This document shows, in pieces, positions 45,614 through 56,074 of a stretch of DNA of 64,000 bases. Numbering within the stretch: position 1 is the first letter of the stretch; every line of letters starts with the position of its first letter. The notes under the pieces are model-generated. The model was not told the origin of the DNA, did not search any database, and was given only the letters and a program-made list of their open reading frames with translations. The position numbers and the translations under genes were made by a program. The stretch lies in IMG/VR virus record IMGVR_UViG_3300027963_000045. One strand, given 5' to 3'. The stretch comes from an uncultured virus (IMG/VR IMGVR_UViG_3300027963_000045). Lineage: Duplodnaviria; Heunggongvirae; Uroviricota; Caudoviricetes.

Positions 45614-46964
45614 ACCATTCTGCCAAGTCTGTAAATGTCATTTTAAAGTTTTTGTTTCTACGTTGATCATACTGTGAATAAAAACTTTTAAAATCTCTGC
45701 GTAGTTCATCTGCTTGTGCAGGATCCACAAAATTTGATTCAGTGTTGTTCAAGAACTCCACCAAGCGTTCAATGTGTCCAATTTCCATGTCGTTTAATGC
45801 ATCACGACGTGAACTGGTGAGCCAGGTCTGCAGTCGTTCAGCGGCTGCATGGCGCAGATCATCGGGTAGCACCAAGGGGCTTTGAAAGTGTGGGAAACGC
45901 AGGATGTTTAGTGTAAAGTAAAATCTATCCTGGCCATGACGCTGTTTGATATCCACACACCAGTCTAGATAATCAGTTAGATTCAACACGCTCACTGCAT
46001 TGATTGTACACATGCTATGCACACCTTGTGGCACACCGGACTCCAGTAGTTTTTCCACGTTTGCGGTCCATTTGTTCCAGTCCAGGCCATCACGTAGGTA
46101 TTCAGCCTGTGCACCGATGTTTTCACAACTGGAATAAACGTGAAATTCTTTTAATCCTCGGCAGCTTTCAATCAATCGATCAATCAATTCGTCCTTGGCC
46201 ATTAGATTGGTATTGACTGCAAAGTAAAGATCTTGATTTATTGTTTTGGTACGGAACCAGTCCAGCAGTTTCCATGTGTGGCGACTCATCAATGGCTCGC
46301 CACCGGTTAGTCGCAAATGTGTCAGTGTACGATGTAAGTCAGCTTCCCACCATTTAAAAAAGGCCTGCACATAGGGATTGTCTTCGGCTTCGTCGTAGCG
46401 TCCTGCGTGTTCGTGTGCATGCCCATAATGATTTTGTCCGTCACGGCCCAGTTGTATGTAACGACCATTTTGTTTGATATCTCTAGCCCAGGCAGTGCTA
46501 AATGCAGGATTACAGTAACTACAGGCTAGATTACAAGTGCGGTCAAAGCTGATTTCCAAATAGCGTAGATCAAAGTCACGATCAGTGTCGCTGTTGACAG
46601 CATCAGCCAGGAGTTCATCTGTGTACAGCACACTCTTGTACACACGATCACTCACAGACTCTTCTCCAAGATCTTCAATGCGCCAACAGTAATCACACCC
46701 CGAACAGCGCACACCGTCTTTCATTTCCTGGCGCTCTTGTTTTTTTCTAGGTGTGTTGCTGAGAGCCTTGTAGTTGTCCTGTACTTCTTGTTCACTCACA
46801 AAGTGAGGCAACGGGTGATGACAGCTGGTGGTCATGCCCGAGTTCAACCATATGGTGGCATAGTACCATTTTGCGCCGCAGAATGTTGAACTCTTGGGGT
46901 CAAGTACTCGTCGACGATAGTTTAGAAAACTCTCACCGGGTTTTAGGTGTTGGTCAGAACTCAT
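45594..46964 (-). CDS. Radical SAM with N-terminal twitch-like cluster
   Basis: CGAKW...SCHHP...CDYCW; CNLACSYC; TGGEP. Confidence 0.9.
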   Translation of the reverse strand: MSSDQHLKPGESFLNYRRRVLDPKSSTFCGAKWYYATIWLNSGMTTSCHHPLPHFVSEQEVQDNYKALSNTPRKKQERQEMKDGVRCSGCDYCWRIEDLGEESVSDRVYKSVLYTDELLADAVNSDTDRDFDLRYLEISFDRTCNLACSYCNPAFSTAWARDIKQNGRYIQLGRDGQNHYGHAHEHAGRYDEAEDNPYVQAFFKWWEADLHRTLTHLRLTGGEPLMSRHTWKLLDWFRTKTINQDLYFAVNTNLMAKDELIDRLIESCRGLKEFHVYSSCENIGAQAEYLRDGLDWNKWTANVEKLLESGVPQGVHSMCTINAVSVLNLTDYLDWCVDIKQRHGQDRFYFTLNILRFPHFQSPLVLPDDLRHAAAERLQTWLTSSRRDALNDMEIGHIERLVEFLNNTESNFVDPAQADELRRDFKSFYSQYDQRRNKNFKMTFTDLAEWYDSIQL

Positions 46965-47343
46965 TGGATATTCCTAGGTATTGGGATAAAATCTTAGTAA
47001 AAGATGCACTGTTAAATGTCAGGCTCCAGCGGCCATTTAAATTGATATCAGTACAGGGTTGTATTTCGGGGTAGTCGGGGTGATCTGTGGTGTACACCCC
47101 TTGGTACAACAACGGGGTTATTTCTACATAGTCCAGAAACATGCGAGTCAAACGCACAGTCATATCGGGATATTGCACAGCATCCTTGCCTTCAAAATCA
47201 ATTCTTATGATATTTTCCGGCATGAAATTAAATTCACATGTGATATCTTGACCTTGAACTTGTGCCCAAACATCGTTGACCCGGGCCGCGATTTGCCAGG
47301 GATATATGGTGTCAGAAAGTACAATGGTTAATTTGTGGCGCAT
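46954..47343 (-). CDS. Hypothetical beta-rich protein (radical-SAM partner family)
   Basis: IDFEGKD...INLNGRWSLTF. Confidence 0.6.
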   Translation of the reverse strand: MRHKLTIVLSDTIYPWQIAARVNDVWAQVQGQDITCEFNFMPENIIRIDFEGKDAVQYPDMTVRLTRMFLDYVEITPLLYQGVYTTDHPDYPEIQPCTDINLNGRWSLTFNSASFTKILSQYLGISNEF

Positions 47344-47975
47344 GTCATTATGATTAAACCAAAACGTCTTTGGTGTCGTGGAAAATAACCCCCGCAGTGA
47401 AAGTTACGACGCGGCCAAGTCACAGCCGCACGGGGCTGCCAGGACAACACAGAGTCAACATGCAGGCCACGCAAACCATCGCGAGACAAATGACGCAGGT
47501 ACTGCTGATAAAACTCATCTGTGATGTGCATTTCACGGTCTGGCAAATATTCCTGCGGATTGGCCTGACGATAATGCACGATTCCAGCATTGTCCATGCC
47601 AGTGTGTGCATTAAATGTTATGGCTTCTTCGTGTGTTTCTTTAAATACTATTGTGTGTTGATCACCATGATAATCCAGTGGGATTAAATATGTACGACTG
47701 ATAATTTCTGGGAAACCCTGTATCCACCCGTCGCTGTGTACTCCCCCGGGCAAGTAATCATCACTGAGATATGCTGTGGATATATCAAAATTTTGCTCAT
47801 AAGGATTGATTAATTCTCGCAACTTAGTGTATAATTGTTGAGTCCAGGGCAATCGATGATGCAAGAATGCCCGATATTTTTGTCCAGTGTCAACTCGGTC
47901 CGGTAAATGATTCCAGTACCAAAGCAACCAGTCCCGAAATTCAGCATCAATAAAATTGGGATAGATATTAGTCAA
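47328..47975 (-). CDS. Putative 2OG-Fe(II) oxygenase
   Basis: HxD (VHSD), distal H (NFHC) and R. Confidence 0.6.
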   Translation of the reverse strand: MTNIYPNFIDAEFRDWLLWYWNHLPDRVDTGQKYRAFLHHRLPWTQQLYTKLRELINPYEQNFDISTAYLSDDYLPGGVHSDGWIQGFPEIISRTYLIPLDYHGDQHTIVFKETHEEAITFNAHTGMDNAGIVHYRQANPQEYLPDREMHITDEFYQQYLRHLSRDGLRGLHVDSVLSWQPRAAVTWPRRNFHCGGYFPRHQRRFGLIIMTCATN

Positions 47976-47989
47976 TTAAATAAAGTCCA

Positions 47990-49459
47990 ATGTTAGACAT
48001 CCTTTTTCTAAATGTTCCCTTAATGAGTCTTGGATACCCTGCGGCTGGTACTGCACTGCTAGCAGGTACATGTAAAAGAAACGGATTTAGTGCCAATGTC
48101 ATTGATTTAAATTATACACTTTTTGAACAACATGGTCAAGATGTTTATGACAGTATTGCTGAGTATTTGACCTTGTCCGGCGATATCGCCGGGGATGTTG
48201 AATATTTATATCGTGCATTCTTGGCAAGCACAGTAAATCAAATTCAAAATTTGCAACCCCGTTATTTAGGCATCAGTGTGTTTACATTTGAATGCCAAAA
48301 GTTCACACAGGATCTATGTCAATCTCTACGTGATACTGGTTACACCGGAGACATTTTTCTAGGAGGAGCAGGTCTAAGTACCACAGGTATTGCCAACAAA
48401 ATTGCAGATTTTGGCGAACACATGGTCAGCCAAGGTCTGGTCAATCACTACATACGCGGCGAGGGCGATGAAATCATATTGGACATACTGCGCAATGGTT
48501 TCCCCGAAGATCGTGGGAAGGTGTACAAGATAACCAACATTGATCGTATTGAGTTGCCGGATTATACCAGTGTGATCAACAACAACTATCACTGGCCAGG
48601 TAATACACCCACCTTGCCCATTACTGGCAGTCGTGGATGCGTGCGAGCATGTACCTTTTGTGACATTCACAAATTCTGGCCCAGATTTGAATATCGGCGT
48701 GGCGCCAGTGTAGCACAAGAAATGATTGAAATGCATGCTGCCACAGGTGTGCGTAATTTTATCTTTATGGACAGCTTGATCAATGGCAGCATAAAAAGCT
48801 TTAGAGAAATGTGTCGTCATTTGGTAGACCATTATAGAATGAACAATTTGCCCGATGCGTATTTTACCTGGGGTGGGCAGTTTATATGCCGTGGCAGTCG
48901 GCAGTTTAAAGAGTCTGACTTTGAGCTTGCGGCACAGGCCGGAATGACTGGTGTGGCAATTGGTGTTGAAACCGGCAGTGACAGTGTGCGGGCTCACATG
49001 CGCAAGGGCTTTACAAACGAGGATCTAGACTTTACTCTGCGTTGTTTGAGTCGTTATCGTCTCAACTGTTACTTTTTGATGATTGTGGGCTACCCCACTG
49101 AGACCTGGCAGGATTTCCTAGACACTGTTCACATGTTTGAACGCTATGAGCCTTACTGCCGAGATGGCACAATACTGGGCGTGAATCTAGGCGGCACCTT
49201 GAGTCTAGATGCTGGCACTGACCTGGTGGAACGTGCCAATGAACTTGCCTTGCACAATGTGTCACACACGCACGAAGCTGTGTTTGGTATTGATTGGATT
49301 TCAGATAAAAATCCCGACCTTGACTTGCATGAACGCATCACACGCAGAATACTACTACAGGAAAGATTAATGGATTTAAATTACAGCATCTGGAACGGTG
49401 ATCATCAATTGAAAAGACTGATTGCAGCCTGGGAACGAGTACAAAATGGAAAATATTAA
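47990..49459 (+). CDS. B12-binding radical SAM protein, paralog of 7248..8738
   Basis: LGGAG, GEGDE, GSRGCVRACTFCDI, DSLING, IGVETGSD, VGYPTET. Confidence 0.9.
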   Translation: MLDILFLNVPLMSLGYPAAGTALLAGTCKRNGFSANVIDLNYTLFEQHGQDVYDSIAEYLTLSGDIAGDVEYLYRAFLASTVNQIQNLQPRYLGISVFTFECQKFTQDLCQSLRDTGYTGDIFLGGAGLSTTGIANKIADFGEHMVSQGLVNHYIRGEGDEIILDILRNGFPEDRGKVYKITNIDRIELPDYTSVINNNYHWPGNTPTLPITGSRGCVRACTFCDIHKFWPRFEYRRGASVAQEMIEMHAATGVRNFIFMDSLINGSIKSFREMCRHLVDHYRMNNLPDAYFTWGGQFICRGSRQFKESDFELAAQAGMTGVAIGVETGSDSVRAHMRKGFTNEDLDFTLRCLSRYRLNCYFLMIVGYPTETWQDFLDTVHMFERYEPYCRDGTILGVNLGGTLSLDAGTDLVERANELALHNVSHTHEAVFGIDWISDKNPDLDLHERITRRILLQERLMDLNYSIWNGDHQLKRLIAAWERVQNGKY

Positions 49460-49949
49460 ACTAACACTGGGCTACACAGCTGGATACTGCAATGGCTGGC
49501 CCTTGATCAATGTATATGTGAACAATCAGTGGGTGGATGCTTTTGAAGCCAACGGCAGCGAACATGTTGTTGACCTGTGCCTGGATCCTGGGCCAGTGCA
49601 GTTGACCATAGAGCACTGGGGCAAAAATCCCATCACAGACAGTGAACCCACTGACAAGTTTTTTGCACTAGAACATGTGGAACTAGCACATGTGGTATGT
49701 GACTTTTTGTTGCCCAATACAACCAAAACAATCAAACCCGATCCTTGGAGCAAACAATACCAAGTGACACAGGGCGATAACTATCTAGGACACAATGGCA
49801 CACTGAGTTTTAGATTTGATAGTCCATTGGCCGACTGGCTCAAGACTCGTCAACAAGGCAACGATCAGCCCATGAGTGGTCAAGAAACCACTCGACACAT
49901 GTTGGAACATGCTCGTCGTGTGTTCAAGATCGAACGTTCTTTGAAATAA
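49446..49949 (+). CDS. Hypothetical beta-rich protein (radical-SAM partner family)
   Basis: CNGWP...EHWGK...YLGHNGTLSFRFDSP. Confidence 0.7.
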   Translation: MENIKLTLGYTAGYCNGWPLINVYVNNQWVDAFEANGSEHVVDLCLDPGPVQLTIEHWGKNPITDSEPTDKFFALEHVELAHVVCDFLLPNTTKTIKPDPWSKQYQVTQGDNYLGHNGTLSFRFDSPLADWLKTRQQGNDQPMSGQETTRHMLEHARRVFKIERSLK

Positions 49950-51087
49950 AGTTCATGAACTCTTGAGGAAATTCGCGAGATACCTGTTGTCCGTATTCCA
50001 GCAGCCGTTGCTGATTGTGCTCACATATTGACCTTGACGCTGACAAAAAGCTTGCAAGATCCTGACAACATAAGTCTTCTATTACCTGTGCTTGGCGTAC
50101 AAATCGAGTGTATGGACTAGGTATTTCATCAAAGCTTTCATCAATCAAGCTGTCAAATGTTTTAAATCCTAGATTTCGTATGTCTTGATAAAAGCCATGA
50201 TTGGCCACAGCGATCCAAGGATGTCCCATCATGATAGGCTTCCATATTTTTTCTGTAAAGAACGAGTGTCGAGACTCGTACACAGTTTCTGTTACTAGAC
50301 TAAAGTAAGTGTCAATATAGGGTTCGGGCTTTAAATAAATTTCGCCCCATTCATTATTGAACAAATCATATTTGACAAAATTATCGTTTTCCAATGACAA
50401 ATTTTTCTGTGTACGATGTGCGTAACGATCAAATTCATAATATGGGTCGAGTACTTTGATTACCTCTTCTTTTTGCATTAAATCAACACCATCCACTGTC
50501 AATGGCAACCGTGTGGGTCCAACCACGCCCATGGTACTCAAACAAGTGTACAGACTTTGTTCCAGCAAGCCAGTCTGGCGCATGCGAGCCAACATCCACT
50601 TACGATGTTGTCTATGCCGACCGTTGAGAAACAAAAATTTATAGGGCTTTTTAGTCTTTTCGAATATCTCAGGTGTTCGTTTTATTGCTTCAAAGTTTTC
50701 AGAAAATTGCAATATATCGTGTGCAAAGCGATCAAACTTATGATAGCGGAAATACGGCTCCATGTCGCCGCCGGTGAGCAAGAGTATCTTTCCAGACTCT
50801 GCTAGATCTTGTATGTTGTGTCTAATTAACTGCCCGTGCATGGTACTTGATCCTTCCCAAGGGTTGGAAAATACCACAGTTATATTGTGCTGATCAATAA
50901 GCTCTCGTACTCGTTGATTGTTCTTTTCCATCCAGGGTCTACCTATTAGGTACACTGCACCCGGATGTACAATATCTCGTTCGATGTCATCAAACTCACC
51001 GTCAGCATAGGGTTTGACTAGGTCATACACTTCGCATGCACGATTTACAATCAATTTAAAGCTTTTTTGCATATTGTTCACATTCAT
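49924..51087 (-). CDS. Putative glycosyltransferase (GT10-like motif), third paralog
   Basis: LNGRHRQHR; LVTET...FTEKIWKPI..HPW..GFKTF. Confidence 0.6.
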   Translation of the reverse strand: MNVNNMQKSFKLIVNRACEVYDLVKPYADGEFDDIERDIVHPGAVYLIGRPWMEKNNQRVRELIDQHNITVVFSNPWEGSSTMHGQLIRHNIQDLAESGKILLLTGGDMEPYFRYHKFDRFAHDILQFSENFEAIKRTPEIFEKTKKPYKFLFLNGRHRQHRKWMLARMRQTGLLEQSLYTCLSTMGVVGPTRLPLTVDGVDLMQKEEVIKVLDPYYEFDRYAHRTQKNLSLENDNFVKYDLFNNEWGEIYLKPEPYIDTYFSLVTETVYESRHSFFTEKIWKPIMMGHPWIAVANHGFYQDIRNLGFKTFDSLIDESFDEIPSPYTRFVRQAQVIEDLCCQDLASFLSASRSICEHNQQRLLEYGQQVSREFPQEFMNFISKNVRS

Positions 51088-52435
51088 TCCACCACGCAGT
51101 CATTTCAGGGAATGTCTCTAGGAAGTTGGTGTTTCTACGTCGGTCATGCTCGCTAAAAAAACGATAAAAGTCGGCTTTGGCCACCGAGTTGTCTTGCCGT
51201 TGCCCTTCACGCATCCAGGCAATATCCCTGCGTAGGCGTTGTACTTCGTAGTCTTTGAATCCTTGAAATGGATTGTCAGCAGTTTCTAAGTTTTGTTCCA
51301 TCCAGTCTGCTGTGCGTTCTAAGACCGATGCATAGCTTTCGGGCAGTATTTGCAGACTCTGCCAGGCTGGGGTCCTAAGCACAGGTGTATCAAACCACAC
51401 ACGTTGGTATGTTTTACTGTGTTCCTTGCGCAACATCAAGATCCATTCCATGAGATTCTGGAACCCAATAACGCTTAGATTATTCATTGTAACAATAAAT
51501 GTCAAACTGTTGCGATATGGAATTTCTGAGAGATATCGTGTTACATAGTTATAGAAACGAGGCCAAGAAAGCCCGTGTCTAATGTATTCAGCTTGCAGTA
51601 TGCGTCCGGTGTCCAAGCTAACGTACTGCATGAAATGCTCAATGCGCCCGTCACATAGCTGTTTTACTTTGCCAAGGTATGATTCAAACAATTCAGGTTC
51701 TACACTGAAGTTACTGGTTACATTCAAATGCAGTTTGCTACTGGGGTTATTTAACACATAGTCAAACACACGGTGGGTGTTGCGATCCATGAGTGGTTCG
51801 CCGCCGGTCATTCTAAAATGCTCAAGCTGGGGATACAATGTGGGCCACCACTGCCAAAATGCTTCTACATAGGGGTTGTGTTCTCTGTTGAGAATGGGTC
51901 GTCTATCCCCAACAAAATAATCCGGGTTATTGTGTGGCACTGCGGTAGGATACGCACCTTGACTCTTGGCCTCATACATCCAGGTACTGCTGAACTGTGG
52001 GCTACAGTAGCTACATGCTAGATTGCAGGCATGATTAAAATTTACTTCCACATAACTGGGCACAACTCCGGTTTCGTCGCCAGTGGAATTGCGTATCTGT
52101 TCAAAGTCCTGTGCGGCCCAGGGCTCACCTGACCTATAGTGTCGGTCACTCATTTTGCCAAGGTCTTCCATGTTCCAACAGTAGGAACATTCTGCAGGAC
52201 GCTCGTTGCGCAACATAATTCGTCGCTGTTGTTTCTTGTGTGGCGTATTGTGCAGTTGGTCAGGGTGTTGTTCAAGACCTTCTACAGGTATTTTGTGCAA
52301 GGGTGGATGATAGCATGAGTTGTTCATGCCTGTGGTTAGATGTAGGCTAACCTGTTTCCACTTTGCCAAACACAGTGCAGGCCCCAATTGGTCTTTCATT
52401 TCTTCAGCTGACGTTAAAAATTTGCTTTTACTCAT
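51056..52435 (-). CDS. Radical SAM with N-terminal twitch-like cluster, paralog of 45594..46964
   Basis: CLAKW...SCYHP...CSYCW; CNLACSYC; TGGEP. Confidence 0.9.
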   Translation of the reverse strand: MSKSKFLTSAEEMKDQLGPALCLAKWKQVSLHLTTGMNNSCYHPPLHKIPVEGLEQHPDQLHNTPHKKQQRRIMLRNERPAECSYCWNMEDLGKMSDRHYRSGEPWAAQDFEQIRNSTGDETGVVPSYVEVNFNHACNLACSYCSPQFSSTWMYEAKSQGAYPTAVPHNNPDYFVGDRRPILNREHNPYVEAFWQWWPTLYPQLEHFRMTGGEPLMDRNTHRVFDYVLNNPSSKLHLNVTSNFSVEPELFESYLGKVKQLCDGRIEHFMQYVSLDTGRILQAEYIRHGLSWPRFYNYVTRYLSEIPYRNSLTFIVTMNNLSVIGFQNLMEWILMLRKEHSKTYQRVWFDTPVLRTPAWQSLQILPESYASVLERTADWMEQNLETADNPFQGFKDYEVQRLRRDIAWMREGQRQDNSVAKADFYRFFSEHDRRRNTNFLETFPEMTAWWNECEQYAKKL

Positions 52436-53492
52436 TGATCAATTGTAATAGTTTTGAGGCGAAGTTAATACCAGGCAATTGCCTTTTATGTACTTGTGTT
52501 AGCATATTCCGGCATGCTTGATGTTCTGGGTGACTGGGGTTTAATACATCATTGTTTCCAAATGTGCCATTTTTAATTTCCCAGATATCTGGAGTTGGAC
52601 TTGGGTTCTGGTTCCATGTGCCCCAGTCATCTAGTTGTGTAAAGTTGCCGTTGAATCCAAAGCGAACACACATTTCAGCAAAGTTTTGCATATCACGATA
52701 GTTGTTACGTTGTACCACAAAAGACAACAGCACTGCGGCACGGCCACGATTTTCTTTAAGATATTTAAAATTTTCTTGAAGTACTGACCAGGAGCCACCG
52801 CGTCGTACATCATGATATACTTCTGCTGATCCAGCGTCAACACTGATCATGTACAGTGTTATTTGTTTTTGTATTGCTGTTTTACTCAACTGTTTTTTAA
52901 TCAGCAAGCCATTTGTAAACAGTGTAAACGTTTGAGTGGGCTTGCCTTGGTATGAGTGTAGCAAAGGCCTGTAGATATGGCTGGCCATTGGATCGCCACT
53001 GGTTGACAATGTTATGTGTATGCGCTCTTCAAATTTATTTAATAAATTCACAGTGTGTTCAACAGCCGCAAGCTTTTGTTCAAACACCGGTCCTGAACTG
53101 TACATTATGGGTTCACGACGACAACTGGGGCAATGTAAATTGCAACTGTCATCGATACCAAAGTTTAATTGATACTTGGTTTCGTTGTAGTTTTGGTTCA
53201 ATATGCCGCAATGTTCGACTGCACACCAGGTATACTTTTTTTCAGTTATACTATCCTGTATAGTATGTGCAATAGGGTTATCCCATACTTGTTCAAGGCT
53301 ATTAAAGTCAGTTATTTTACCAACTGGCACTGGCAACCAGCCATCACATGTACACAGCAAGCAATTGCTGTCAGAATCAATCGCCACCACTTTCCAGGGA
53401 CGATTGCAACTGTTTGGTATTGGTTCAGGGTAGTCGTTGCCGCGTGGCAATACCTGAAGTTTATAGCTATATCGGTCGGACAAATTAAACAT
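52428..53492 (-). CDS. Radical SAM protein
   Basis: CNRPW...CLLCTC; CNLHCPSC; SGDP; TNG. Confidence 0.88.
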   Translation of the reverse strand: MFNLSDRYSYKLQVLPRGNDYPEPIPNSCNRPWKVVAIDSDSNCLLCTCDGWLPVPVGKITDFNSLEQVWDNPIAHTIQDSITEKKYTWCAVEHCGILNQNYNETKYQLNFGIDDSCNLHCPSCRREPIMYSSGPVFEQKLAAVEHTVNLLNKFEERIHITLSTSGDPMASHIYRPLLHSYQGKPTQTFTLFTNGLLIKKQLSKTAIQKQITLYMISVDAGSAEVYHDVRRGGSWSVLQENFKYLKENRGRAAVLLSFVVQRNNYRDMQNFAEMCVRFGFNGNFTQLDDWGTWNQNPSPTPDIWEIKNGTFGNNDVLNPSHPEHQACRNMLTQVHKRQLPGINFASKLLQLINE

Positions 53493-54057
53493 CTATGGAA
53501 TTTTGTAAATATTTAAACAAATCATTCATACCATCACGATTCAAGTGTCCGTCGGGCAATCTATAGGAGGCTGGTATGTAAGGGTACAGCAATGTTTCTG
53601 TTGTTTTTCTTTTTTCCCAAGAAAACGCAATAACTTTTTTATTTTGATTTTTTAAAAATGAAAGTAATCCGTCGATTAGCATGTCACTGAGATCGTCACA
53701 GTAGGGAGGACCGTACACTGTGTAAAAATATTTGTGCATTTCTTGATGCGCAGTATCAAGTGCAGATGGTTCAAGTCCAAATCCTCGACCACCGATTCCA
53801 GGATAAAAATCTAAATTTTGATCATTGTAGCCAATGTAAAAGCGTGAACTAAAAGTAAATCCCAACACTATTACATCAAAGTCTTTGAAGTTCTTGTATG
53901 TGTCCATGACCATGGCAAGATTGCTCTTGCCTAATCGAGACTGGTCCATGACGTTGTAACCACCTTGAACGGAAAACAAACTGCCAAGGGACTGTTCTCT
54001 TGGCAGTCCCTGACCGTACACCATGCTACAGCCATCAAGGTAAAGACTTTTTACCAT
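53485..54057 (-). CDS. SGNH-like protein
   Basis: DGCS..YG, SN, DGH. Confidence 0.6.
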   Translation of the reverse strand: MVKSLYLDGCSMVYGQGLPREQSLGSLFSVQGGYNVMDQSRLGKSNLAMVMDTYKNFKDFDVIVLGFTFSSRFYIGYNDQNLDFYPGIGGRGFGLEPSALDTAHQEMHKYFYTVYGPPYCDDLSDMLIDGLLSFLKNQNKKVIAFSWEKRKTTETLLYPYIPASYRLPDGHLNRDGMNDLFKYLQNSIDV

Positions 54058-54983
54058 CCTTCTTGTGCCCGAATTACATCAATTTCACGAACCATGACAC
54101 CACGGTTGTGCCAGTTGGATCTGTAGTGTTGTTTAAAGAAACGGCTTTGTTCAACTTCAAACATCATGATTGGTAAGTCTAATTGTGTGCGCAGTTCTTC
54201 GCTGACTCTAAATGCCAGTCGTTCAGGATCTGAGTCCTGCACACTTGCCCATAGGTCTTCTAGTGCATCAAAGTTTTGTACTAGCCGATAGTCCCAGTCT
54301 GTGAGCATGGTCATGTATGTGCCCATTCTTGCTCCGGCAATAGACCAGGCACCGTGTTCAACATCAAGGCCAATATTGTGCCAAATAGTCAAGTGATCTA
54401 AATTGCGTTGATGTACACGGTCTCTAAATTCAGCTACAGTGGGCCGGGCCCCACGGTTCAAGCACATCTTAACACCTTCACGGAATCCAGCACGCCAGGC
54501 GTGAAACTCGTCACCATTGGGATATGTTGTGGAGTAGCAGTCGTGCATGGGCCAATACAGTGGATCAAAACAAAACTCTACTTCGGTTTCTGTGCGTCCG
54601 TCGGTGTTTTCATGTGTACGCATGCGGTTTACAAACTCACGTGTCCATGAGCTGATTCCGCCGTTGCCGTACCGGAGTCCGTTGATGTGATTACGTGCTC
54701 GCCAACGAAAAACAGCACGTTCGTAATCAGCGTTTTCAAACACCAGTGTTTGATTAAAAAAATCAGCGTCGGGCATGTTATCGCCATCAATCAAGATAAA
54801 GCGTTCAGTTTCGCTAGCGGCAGCGGCTGCTTTGTGTGCGGCATCACTGCCTTTAACTCCGTCAACTCGTTGTGCCCAAGGCACAAGATTTTTAATTTTG
54901 ATCCAAAATTCTTCTCGTTGTGGTTCGTCGTAGCTTAGATAAATGCAGTCTAAGTCTGCTACATCAATTTGTTTCTGTGACAT
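54051..54983 (-). CDS. Glycosyltransferase-like (GT-A-type) protein
   Basis: DCIYLSYDE, AAHKAAA, IDGD (DxD), AWRAGFREG. Confidence 0.65.
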   Translation of the reverse strand: MSQKQIDVADLDCIYLSYDEPQREEFWIKIKNLVPWAQRVDGVKGSDAAHKAAAAASETERFILIDGDNMPDADFFNQTLVFENADYERAVFRWRARNHINGLRYGNGGISSWTREFVNRMRTHENTDGRTETEVEFCFDPLYWPMHDCYSTTYPNGDEFHAWRAGFREGVKMCLNRGARPTVAEFRDRVHQRNLDHLTIWHNIGLDVEHGAWSIAGARMGTYMTMLTDWDYRLVQNFDALEDLWASVQDSDPERLAFRVSEELRTQLDLPIMMFEVEQSRFFKQHYRSNWHNRGVMVREIDVIRAQEGW

Positions 54984-55302
54984 AATTTTTTTTACTCCAA
55001 TATACTGCAGGTTCTGAATTGACCACAATACAAATATCTTGTGGATGGCACATTGTGCCAGTGCTTCCGGGTGTTAGTTTTGAGCTAACTGTGACTTTTG
55101 TTTCGATTAACTTTCCGTTGCGAACTCGCACATTGCTGGGACTTTTGGCAAAAGTTTCTTGATCAATGTCAATGTATGTACCTGGCAGGTCTTCCATGCT
55201 GTAAAATAGTGGTAGACCATTTTCGTCATGATACAATCTAAAAAATATAGGCGCAGGCGCGGGTGCTCCAAGCAGTATAGCCCAAAACTCATCAGATGTC
55301 AT
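54964..55302 (-). CDS. Hypothetical protein
   Basis: Overlap-coupled ORF. Confidence 0.6.
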   Translation of the reverse strand: MTSDEFWAILLGAPAPAPIFFRLYHDENGLPLFYSMEDLPGTYIDIDQETFAKSPSNVRVRNGKLIETKVTVSSKLTPGSTGTMCHPQDICIVVNSEPAVYWSKKNYVTETN

Positions 55303-56074
55303 CGATCCAGCGTTTGTCATGATAATGAAATGCTCCGTGTTGTGCTATGGTGTTGATGCGTAGTTCATGGTTGTTGTGTTCCCATACTAATTCTTTGTGC
55401 CAGGGGTCTTGCAATGTACCAACAATGTGCCGCTTCATATGTGTGATTGTTGGATATGTACTAAACGGCATGGTGCATCTTTCTGGGCCAATGATGTTTG
55501 CTGCCATGGCATACACCACATCTGTGCTGGGCACTTCTTCGGGGAATTTTAGCAATTTTTTAAAGTCGTCCCAGTTGGCAAATATAGATTGCACTGTGTT
55601 GAAAAACTCCATGGCGGTTTGACTCAAGCGCCAATATGTAACAGCGTTGTACACATCGGGCAAATTGTTTTTGTCAAATATCTGTCTGTAATATCTGTTG
55701 GTAGATACAATATTGCGCCAGTCTCTACAGCCAGTACTGATTACAACATCACGGTGTCTAAACATGGTCCACCAGTGGCCGATCTCACTGGTAATTAACA
55801 TATCAGCTTCAAGTTTGATTGTTTCCCTAAAAGGACTAGCATGAAACACTTGCCAGTCATTAGCAAACCCATTGGTGCTGGTCGGATAAGGATACGGATG
55901 CACATAGTCAAACACTGTGTCCACTGCTACATCTGCATTGGTCAACAAACATACTTCGGCGTCAGGATGCCAGTGTTTGATACTTTGAGCTAACTTACGA
56001 GCGCATTGAACATAGTCAATATCGTTGTTTTGAAACGCTGGAATAATATAACCTTGCTCAGAAATCGGCTTCAA
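55292..56074 (-). CDS. Nucleotide-diphospho-sugar transferase-like (GT-A) protein
   Basis: SPFRETIKLEAD (ExD); paralog of 56058..56876. Confidence 0.65.
   Translation of the reverse strand: MKPISEQGYIIPAFQNNDIDYVQCARKLAQSIKHWHPDAEVCLLTNADVAVDTVFDYVHPYPYPTSTNGFANDWQVFHASPFRETIKLEADMLITSEIGHWWTMFRHRDVVISTGCRDWRNIVSTNRYYRQIFDKNNLPDVYNAVTYWRLSQTAMEFFNTVQSIFANWDDFKKLLKFPEEVPSTDVVYAMAANIIGPERCTMPFSTYPTITHMKRHIVGTLQDPWHKELVWEHNNHELRINTIAQHGAFHYHDKRWIDDI

Noticed and set aside
48374..48997. 207-aa minus-strand ORF (and similar antisense ORFs at 9159..9728 and 26311..26748)
   Set aside because: Antisense to well-supported genes; no motifs.
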